From assembly GCA_007132585.1 (NCBI GenBank), contig SLOJ01000086.1, forward strand, positions 1-43,492: DNA of 43,492 nucleotides. Reading direction: 5' to 3'. Within the stretch, counting starts at the first letter, position 1. Each line of letters opens with the position of its first letter. The stretch comes from Bacteroidales bacterium (lineage in GTDB: Bacteria; Bacteroidota; Bacteroidia; Bacteroidales; UBA7960). A program made the translations under genes and the position numbers. The notes beneath the pieces are model-generated. The model saw nothing but the letters and a program-made list of their open reading frames with translations, was not told the DNA's origin and ran no database searches. Of the stretch, positions 32,181-39,465 are shown one piece after another.

Positions 32181-33365
32181 ATGCCAAAAATCCTGGTTAT
32201 TGACGACGAAAGAAGCATAAGAAATACCCTGAAAGACATCCTGGAATATGAAAAATTTGAAGTAGATCTTGCCGAAGATGGTATTGAAGGCATTGAGCTG
32301 GCTAAAAACAATAAATATGATGTCATTCTGTGCGATATAAAAATGCCACGAATGGATGGTATCGAAGTGCTTGAGGCCATCATGAATGATAACCCCGATA
32401 ATACTGTTGTAATGATTTCAGGACACGGCACTGTAGAAACAGCAGTGGAGGCAATTAAAAAGGGAGCATACGATTTTATTTCTAAACCACCGGATATCAA
32501 CCGGATGCTTATTACTTTGCGAAATGCAATGGATAAAAGCCAGCTGGTAAATGAAACCAAAGTGCTCAAACGGAAGGTAAGTAAAACTTACGATATGATC
32601 GGTGATTCGCAGGCTATCAATAATATAAAGGAAATGATAAGAAAGGTAGCCCCCACCGATGCACGTATTTTCATTACAGGCCCCAACGGCACTGGTAAAG
32701 AACTTGTGGCGAGGTGGCTGCATGAACTAAGCAATCGGTCAAAAGGACCTTTCATTGAAGTCAATTGCGCAGCTATACCATCTGAACTCATTGAAAGCGA
32801 ACTTTTCGGACATGAAAAAGGTTCCTTTACATCGGCTATAAAGCAAAAGAAAGGAAATTTTGAACTGGCCAGCGGGGGTACTCTTTTTCTTGATGAGATT
32901 GGCGATATGAGCCTGGCAGCTCAGGCTAAAGTACTAAGAGCACTGCAGGAGAATAAAATAACCCGTGTGGGCGGCGAAAAGGAAATTAGTGTTGATGTAA
33001 GGGTTGTAGCTGCTACCAATAAGGATATTCAAAAAGAAATTCAGAAAGGTAGTTTCAGAGAAGATCTTTACCACAGGCTTAGTGTTATTCTGATTCATGT
33101 ACCTTCATTGAATGAAAGGATTGACGATATTCCTTTGCTTGCCAATCATTTTCTTGATCAGATTGTTCAGGAGAACAGCATGGCACCAAAGGAATTTACA
33201 GATGATGCGCATAAAGCTTTACAAAAAATTACCTGGACAGGTAATATACGAGAGTTACGAAATGTGGTTGAAAGGCTTGCGATATTATGTGACAAAACCA
33301 TTACCGGTAAAGATGTGGAATCATTTGCACAGCCTTTGAGTGGGGTAAAATCTGTTGAAAAATAA
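32181..33365 (+). CDS. Sigma-54-dependent response regulator (REC + AAA+), no C-terminal HTH
   Basis: 394-aa ORF with REC (D52 in ILCDIKMP), Walker A GPNGTGKE, GAFTGA-position motif GSFTSA (32820-32837) and Walker B LFLDEIG. The protein ends 34 aa after IRELRNVVERL. Confidence 0.9.
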   Translation: MPKILVIDDERSIRNTLKDILEYEKFEVDLAEDGIEGIELAKNNKYDVILCDIKMPRMDGIEVLEAIMNDNPDNTVVMISGHGTVETAVEAIKKGAYDFISKPPDINRMLITLRNAMDKSQLVNETKVLKRKVSKTYDMIGDSQAINNIKEMIRKVAPTDARIFITGPNGTGKELVARWLHELSNRSKGPFIEVNCAAIPSELIESELFGHEKGSFTSAIKQKKGNFELASGGTLFLDEIGDMSLAAQAKVLRALQENKITRVGGEKEISVDVRVVAATNKDIQKEIQKGSFREDLYHRLSVILIHVPSLNERIDDIPLLANHFLDQIVQENSMAPKEFTDDAHKALQKITWTGNIRELRNVVERLAILCDKTITGKDVESFAQPLSGVKSVEK

Positions 33366-33389
33366 AAGTCCTTTTGTTCTTTTTTTCGC

Positions 33390-34733
33390 TTACTCCTTTA
33401 GTGGTGAAAGTTCACTGGTTTGATGAAAAAATATAAATACATCGTAACGTAAAGGCAAAATAGTATTTACATATTGCCGTTGTTCATTTGCAGGATTAAA
33501 TACTACCCCAACAGCCCGATGCCCCCGTGGTTGCATAAAGTCATCATGTGTACGATCATCATCATCAAAAACCACGTAAAATTGAGCTAAACCGGTTTTA
33601 TTAAATATATATTCTATGCTGTTTCTTCTGGCGGGTACAATACGTTTTATACGTTCATTTCCACCCCATTGCGAACCTGCCATAACTTTACCTTTAAAGG
33701 TTGTAAACCCAATACTTAAAACATTATCGGGTCCGTGATGCACTCTGCTAAGCTCTCCAATATTTTGGTTACCGACCTGATACATTTCTGTAAACCTTGC
33801 ATCGCCTATATGTGTATTATGTGCCCAAACAATTCCTTTGCTATCGCGTCCATAAAACTCCAGCAAACGATTTACAGTTTCATGCATATGATGAACTCTT
33901 GAGTTCCAGGATGAAGCATCTTGTCGTGTTACTGATTTACGATAAAACTTTTCTGCATTGTTTTTTACAAAGGCATTTTGCAGCAAATAAAAGTACTCAT
34001 AGTCTGACATACCCGTGAGTTCATCTCTTGAATTGATGAGAAGATCAACAACTGCCTGAGTTTGCCCTGAACAGTCAGAACCGGTTTGTTGCACATTACG
34101 TGCATATGCCCAGCTATCTCCTCTATGTGGCTGAAAACATGAATAATAAAGTTTAACCTGTTCAAATATATCATTATCATGCTGTTCTAAAAGGTCAAGC
34201 ACTGCATCTTTTGAGCGCCATTCATCGTATACATCCATACCATAAAAACCAATTCTTTCATTTACAGGAAGATTATTATTATGGTCTCTCAGCCATTCAG
34301 CAAGAGAAACTATTTCTTCATTACCCCACATCCATCGGGGCCAGCGGTCAAGGTTTCCAAGAACCTCTCTCGCTGAAGCAGCAGCTCCGGGCAGGTTTTT
34401 AACATAACGATTTAGTTCAAATAAGCTTGCAAAGTCTCCTTCAACGACAATAAAATTAAAGCTTTGCTCAGATATTAACCTACGGCTTATATAATCGCGC
34501 CATATGTAATATTCATGTGTACCATGACTTGCTTCACCCAGCAGTGCCAGTTTTCTGTCAGATGCCAAATCAATAATCAAGTCAAGATCTGAAGGGTCGG
34601 ATAATATAATTGATTGATTGCGGATGTAGGATACCAGATCATCATCTCCGAAAGAAGTTTGTGAAAACCCCATGCAGATGAAAAGAAAAAGCAGATAATG
34701 ATAAAAACGGAATGTGATATTTTTTATATTCAT
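33390..34733 (-). CDS. Exported erythromycin-esterase-family (Ere/ChaN-like) hydrolase
   Basis: 447-aa ORF with signal peptide MNIKNITFRFYHYLLFLFICMGFSQTSFG. Family motifs LLGEASHGTHE, FIVVEGDF and VWAHNTHIGD. Confidence 0.8.
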   Translation of the reverse strand: MNIKNITFRFYHYLLFLFICMGFSQTSFGDDDLVSYIRNQSIILSDPSDLDLIIDLASDRKLALLGEASHGTHEYYIWRDYISRRLISEQSFNFIVVEGDFASLFELNRYVKNLPGAAASAREVLGNLDRWPRWMWGNEEIVSLAEWLRDHNNNLPVNERIGFYGMDVYDEWRSKDAVLDLLEQHDNDIFEQVKLYYSCFQPHRGDSWAYARNVQQTGSDCSGQTQAVVDLLINSRDELTGMSDYEYFYLLQNAFVKNNAEKFYRKSVTRQDASSWNSRVHHMHETVNRLLEFYGRDSKGIVWAHNTHIGDARFTEMYQVGNQNIGELSRVHHGPDNVLSIGFTTFKGKVMAGSQWGGNERIKRIVPARRNSIEYIFNKTGLAQFYVVFDDDDRTHDDFMQPRGHRAVGVVFNPANEQRQYVNTILPLRYDVFIFFHQTSELSPLKE

Positions 34734-34831
34734 ATACAGCTTTTAGAACGCAATATACTAAAAATCTGTTAGCTGAACAGGAATATTGGTTTTTAATTAG
34801 TAGAGAAAAACTGTAAAACCAAAACCGGCAT

Positions 34832-35830
34832 TTAAAATCCAAAACTGATCTTCAGATTATTAAAGAAATAGTTGTCATAATTATCCTGGGTCATCTGAAC
34901 ACCGTCAAGGTAATGAAATATTGTATTTCTCCAGCCAAACTCGTAACCGATGCGCAATGAATTTGGAAGCCGGTAAGAAAATCCAAATCCCATAGGAATA
35001 ACAGGCTGAACCTGACTGTAATCTACACTATTTTCCAAAAGCCTGTCATTTGCATTGAAAACTCTTGCGTCACTAAAAAACACCCCAATGCCGGCAAACC
35101 CATAAATATCAAAGGGACTTCTTGAAAGCATGGGTAGCATAAATTCTGTCTTGGCAAAAAACTCAAAAATATCATTTGAAAAACTGAAAGGATCATTTTC
35201 AGTAAGCCCTTCATTAAATGGTGCCTGCCCCGAAAGATTTGCATAATCCATACCCATGTTCAGGGCAAACCAATTGTTCATTATATATCTGGTAAAAAAA
35301 CCAAGTTTAAAACTATAGTTATTTGTATGATAATCTGCAAAATCACCGAATGATAATCCCTTATTTGCAGAAATATCAGTGATAGTATGGGCGGTTCCTA
35401 AAGAGAAACCAACCTCCCATAAACCTGTTGAGTGATATTGATCTCTGAGCGAAGTATGCAGCGGGGGCTTGGGGTTATTACTGATGTGCTGGCTATTACT
35501 ACTGTAACTCGGCCCGGAAGTTCTTCCTGCATAGGTATCGGGGTTTTGACTCCTGCTTGGAGGTGGTGTATATTTTTGTGGCCTTGATGATGGATGTCTC
35601 CTTGAACGACTTGATCTTTCAGCTTTTGTTTTTTTTTATTCAAATAATCTTTTAAAAAAATTGTCTGAAGTGTTGGGTTGTTCAAGAGTAATTAATGAAA
35701 AATTCAGACCCATTATACATTGTTCATTCAGAGATAGTGAAGTTTCCTTTTCTGATTTTGCAGCCTGGCTATTGTTTGCAAATAGAACCATGCATAACGA
35801 CAGCAGAACAAACGTTATAAATTTGTACAT
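34832..35830 (-). pseudogene. Outer-membrane beta-barrel-like protein (possibly DUF6089-type) interrupted by one in-frame TAA
   Basis: 999 nt in a single frame with one stop at 35636-35638. The track's ORFs 35636-35830 (signal peptide) and 34832-35281 share that frame. Hand translation of 35282-35635 is open and homologous to the paralogue at 35976-36776. The C-terminus is ...NLKISFGF. Confidence 0.75.
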
Positions 35831-35975
35831 TTTGGGGAGGTTTTTATAAATATTACAACAATTTAAACAAACACAAGATTTAAGTGTGTAAATATATGTA
35901 AAATGAATGAATTAGCAAAAATAAAGATTTTTGCAATAGGATATAAAAAAACCTGCATTAGTCGAAGTGCTTTAT

Positions 35976-36776
35976 CTACCAGCGCCTTACATTGTCTGGT
36001 ATAAAAAAGCTCACTTTAATTTTCGAAAAGTAATAGCTGTCGTTGCCTCTGCTCCAGGGCCGTGTGAAGCCATCAAGATAATCAAAGAAGGTTTTTCTCC
36101 AACCAATTTCGTAACCAATTCTGAAATCGTTACTTATCACATAATACGCCCCAAGCCCCATGGGAATAGAGGGCTGAAAATTATTAAAGTCATCAAACTG
36201 AAAATTTTCAGGATCCGGAACGGTTAATTCAGGATTGTGATAGAATCCTGCAACACCAAGAAATGCATAAATATCCAATGGAAAAGTAGGATAGGCTTTA
36301 GGTGCATAAACTTCACCTACAACTGCAAATTCATAAATGGTGTTGTTAAAATAGAAATCGCGGGTTCTACCGGTGGCCAATGAATCGGCTCCGTGAATTT
36401 TTCCATAGTTAAAAGCAGCTCTTGCTGCAAAAAACTCATGAAACTTATATCGTGTAAAGATACCTGCGTTGATGCTGGTAGTACTCCATTGAGTATTCAG
36501 GAAGGATGGTCGTTGGCTTACAGAAGTTCCGCTAACATCAGTTAATGAGTGTGATGTACCCACATTAACGCCGATATCCCATCCATAACGCAGCAAAAAC
36601 ATATCTCTTCTGGAGAGTTGCAGCGGTCGGCGGGTACCGCCCGGAGGTCTTGACCGACTGGGAGGTTGGAATGAAAACAATTCCTGTTGTTCAGATTTAT
36701 TTTCACCGGCATCTGACTCAAAAGGAGTAACAAGAATAAATATAAAAGCCGTAAACCCAACAAGAAACAATCTCAT
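35976..36776 (-). CDS. Outer-membrane beta-barrel-like protein (possibly DUF6089-type), intact paralogue
   Basis: ATG 36776 gives MRLFLVGFTAFIFILVTPFESDA (signal peptide). The track start at 36800 is a TTG. It shares GW[DE][IV]G, IGYE[FI]GWR and YLDG blocks with 34832-35830. Confidence 0.8.
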   Translation of the reverse strand: MRLFLVGFTAFIFILVTPFESDAGENKSEQQELFSFQPPSRSRPPGGTRRPLQLSRRDMFLLRYGWDIGVNVGTSHSLTDVSGTSVSQRPSFLNTQWSTTSINAGIFTRYKFHEFFAARAAFNYGKIHGADSLATGRTRDFYFNNTIYEFAVVGEVYAPKAYPTFPLDIYAFLGVAGFYHNPELTVPDPENFQFDDFNNFQPSIPMGLGAYYVISNDFRIGYEIGWRKTFFDYLDGFTRPWSRGNDSYYFSKIKVSFFIPDNVRRW

Positions 36777-36833
36777 TATTTGTAATATTTTAATTTTCAA
36801 ATTTCTACATTATCAACTAGCTTCCAACGGCAA

Positions 36834-36841
36834 CAAATATA
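36834..36841 (-). promoter_or_regulatory. -7 box TATATTTG upstream of the beta-barrel gene pair
   Basis: + strand CAAATATA is TAnnTTTG on the minus strand, 58 nt upstream of ATG 36776. Confidence 0.35.
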
Positions 36842-36990
36842 ATACTTTTTCCTATGTGGAATCGCGTGATTTTACTGAATTTAAATCGTTGTTTTCATGA
36901 TTTTTATGAGGTAAATAACCTGTTTTGGAAATCATCAAAATATTCTTTATCTTTTGCCCATATAGATTCCTGATTGTACCAATATTAATG

Positions 36991-36998
36991 TACTTTTG
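36991..36998 (+). promoter_or_regulatory. -7 box TACTTTTG upstream of the REC-kinase gene
   Basis: TAnnTTTG match 25 nt upstream of ATG 37023. Confidence 0.35.
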
Positions 36999-37022
36999 AC
37001 AAAAGATTAATTTATTTAAGAA

Positions 37023-38141
37023 ATGTACACTAAAAGAGACTTGAAAACCAACCCATTCAGAATTCTTATTGTTGAGGATGATCCGATGATTACCCAATCG
37101 CTTGAAAGATTGCTTTCAGAGAAAAATTACGTTTTCAGAAGCGTGCAATCAGGCGAAGAAGTAATGGATGCATTTGACGAATTTTTACCTGATCTTATTT
37201 TGCTTGATATAATAATGCTGGATTTAAGCGGATATGATGTTTGCCGGATGCTCAGGAATTCAGAAAAAGCAAGATCTGTTCCTGTCATTTTTATAACAAG
37301 CCGTAACAAACCCCGCGAGATCGTTGAAGGGTTTAATGCAGGTGCAGTTGATTATGTTACCAAACCCTTCCATCCGAAAGAATTACTTGCACGAATTGGC
37401 ACACACCTTGAATTGCTCAGGATCAGGGAAGAACTGAAACTCATGAATATCATGAAAACAAAATTCTTCTCCATAATTACAAATGATATAAAGGAAACAT
37501 TTACCGGAATAACAGATGTTGCTCACTTTCTTCAAAATGAGCTGACAGGAAGTAGTTTTAATAAAGATGAATCCATTAAACTCATTAAACATCTGCTGGA
37601 AGAAAGTGAAGATCTTGATGAGTTGCTTGATAACTTAATTGAATGGGAAAGCATTGAAATAGGTAAAACAGTTTTTATTAATGAAACAGCAAATCTCAAA
37701 GAAATTATTAAAGAACTTGAAAAGCACTTTTCATCAGAAATGTTAGAAAAAAATATTCAGCTCAACATTAATGTTGATGATAATTATAGTTTTATTAATG
37801 ATAAAAATGCTGTTAGCAACATAATTAAGAGAGTTTTATCAAATGCAATTAAATACTCTCTTATTAATGGGAAGATTTATATTAAAGCTGCTAAAGTTAA
37901 TAGTCAGAATAAAGTAATAATAAAAGATGAAGGTATCGGTATGGATCCTGATTCTCTCAACCAATTATTCAGATATGATACTCCTTCTGCTAAAACTGTA
38001 GGTACACAAAGTGAAACAGGAGCAGGGCTCGGATTGATCATCTGTAAAACACTTTCAGAAAAAATACAGGGAGCGATCAAAATAGAATCTAAAAAAAGTT
38101 TTGGAACAACTGTTACTTTTAATTTTCCTGATTTGGAATAA
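37023..38141 (+). CDS. Cytoplasmic REC-HisKA-like-HATPase hybrid with Asn at the phospho-acceptor position
   Basis: 372-aa ORF with REC (EDD 18-20, D62, K114), DHp-like KTKFFSIITNDIKETF (N154 where His is expected), N box VLSNAIKYS, G1 DEGIGMD and G2 GAGLGL. No TM segments. Confidence 0.85.
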   Translation: MYTKRDLKTNPFRILIVEDDPMITQSLERLLSEKNYVFRSVQSGEEVMDAFDEFLPDLILLDIIMLDLSGYDVCRMLRNSEKARSVPVIFITSRNKPREIVEGFNAGAVDYVTKPFHPKELLARIGTHLELLRIREELKLMNIMKTKFFSIITNDIKETFTGITDVAHFLQNELTGSSFNKDESIKLIKHLLEESEDLDELLDNLIEWESIEIGKTVFINETANLKEIIKELEKHFSSEMLEKNIQLNINVDDNYSFINDKNAVSNIIKRVLSNAIKYSLINGKIYIKAAKVNSQNKVIIKDEGIGMDPDSLNQLFRYDTPSAKTVGTQSETGAGLGLIICKTLSEKIQGAIKIESKKSFGTTVTFNFPDLE

Positions 38142-38182
38142 CTATTGTACGATTTGGTTTGGAAAATAAAATGTTATAAGAT

Positions 38183-39439
38183 ATGAAGATAACTAATCTC
38201 ACAATTGCCTTTACCCTGGTTTTTTTTCTTATAATGCTATCCTCTTGTGGCTCAAAGAAAAGATCCACTGAGCAAGTTACAATTGATAACGAAGAAAAAA
38301 CTCCTATAGAAATGCGTAATAATCAATTTGCTTTTGACCTTTTTAAAGCAATAAGCCCATCGCACGATGAAAACCTGGTAATTTCACCTTTTAGTATTTC
38401 TACTGCGCTGGCAATGACTTATGCCGGAGCTGACGGAAGCACTGCCGAAGAAATGGCACGAACACTATACTTTTACTCCGGGCAGGAAAGGTTTCATGAA
38501 GATTTCTCAGCCTGGATGAATTCTATCCGTGAAAGGGGTAAGACTAAAGACAAGCTTCAGATAGCTAATTCTTTGTGGCCACAGGAAGATTACCCTTTCC
38601 GTGAAGATTTTATTAATCTGATAAAAGAGTATTATGAGTCAGCACTATTTAAGGTAAATTACAGGGGCGATCGCGAGCAAATAAGACAAAGAATCAATTC
38701 ATGGGTAAAAGACAATACCAATCAATTGATAACAAATCTTATAAAACCCGGAGTGCTTACAGATGATACAAGGCTTGTGTTGGTTAATGCTATTTACTTT
38801 CTCTCCGATTGGAAAATCGCTTTCGATGAAAAGGTAACGCACACTGCACCCTTTTATATTACTCCCGAAAAGTCAGTTGATGTGCCATTGATGTATATGG
38901 AAGATGATCTTAAATATGCAGAAACAGAAAATTTTCAGATTCTTGAACTTGAGTATGAAGGAGGTGATTTTTCTATGGTAGCAATGTTACCTGCAGAAGG
39001 TACAGATATTGATAATTTTATCCATGATTTTGATGTTGATACTTTCGTTGAAATCCTGGATATGATGGATAAACAAAAGGTGGAAGTTTATCTGCCATCT
39101 TTTAAGGTTCGATCAAATTTTGATCTGGAAAAACTGCTTGCTGAAATGGGGATGCCCGAAGCATTCAGCAACAAGGCTGATTTTGGTCGAATGACGGATC
39201 TTCAGGACCTTAAAATTGACAAGGTTATTCATGAGGCTTTTATTGATGTAAATGAAGAAGGCACCGAAGCAGCAGCTTCAACTGCAGTAGTCATTATACG
39301 TAAGTCGGCAATGGTTGATCCTCCGGAAAAAATTACCTTCAGGGCTGACAGACCATTTCTATATGCTATAAAAGATAATTCTACCCAATCCATTCTTTTC
39401 ATGGGAAAAACATTAAACCCGGCTTTAACGGCAGATTAG
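38183..39439 (+). CDS. Serpin-family protease inhibitor, predicted lipoprotein
   Basis: 418-aa ORF with lipobox LSS-C22. The serpin hinge and reactive-centre loop is NEEGTEAAASTAVVIIRKSAMV, followed by the C-terminal RPFLYAIKD...ILFMGK. Confidence 0.88.
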   Translation: MKITNLTIAFTLVFFLIMLSSCGSKKRSTEQVTIDNEEKTPIEMRNNQFAFDLFKAISPSHDENLVISPFSISTALAMTYAGADGSTAEEMARTLYFYSGQERFHEDFSAWMNSIRERGKTKDKLQIANSLWPQEDYPFREDFINLIKEYYESALFKVNYRGDREQIRQRINSWVKDNTNQLITNLIKPGVLTDDTRLVLVNAIYFLSDWKIAFDEKVTHTAPFYITPEKSVDVPLMYMEDDLKYAETENFQILELEYEGGDFSMVAMLPAEGTDIDNFIHDFDVDTFVEILDMMDKQKVEVYLPSFKVRSNFDLEKLLAEMGMPEAFSNKADFGRMTDLQDLKIDKVIHEAFIDVNEEGTEAAASTAVVIIRKSAMVDPPEKITFRADRPFLYAIKDNSTQSILFMGKTLNPALTAD

Positions 39440-39465
39440 AAATTATTCTTAGCCAATACCAATAC

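Noticed and set aside
32168-32569. 133-aa minus-strand ORF antisense to the sigma-54 activator
   Set aside because: It is a shadow ORF inside a confidently assigned gene, with a low-complexity Ser/Ile-rich translation.
33390-34733. Calling the Ere-family gene a macrolide-resistance determinant
   Set aside because: Family membership alone does not predict macrolide hydrolysis. The signal peptide and chromosomal housekeeping context argue against a classic ereA/ereB-type mobile resistance gene.
35398-35685. 95-aa minus-strand ORF listed in the track
   Set aside because: It is out of frame with the beta-barrel gene it overlaps. The other frame gives a signal peptide and clear homology to the neighbouring paralogue across the same nucleotides.
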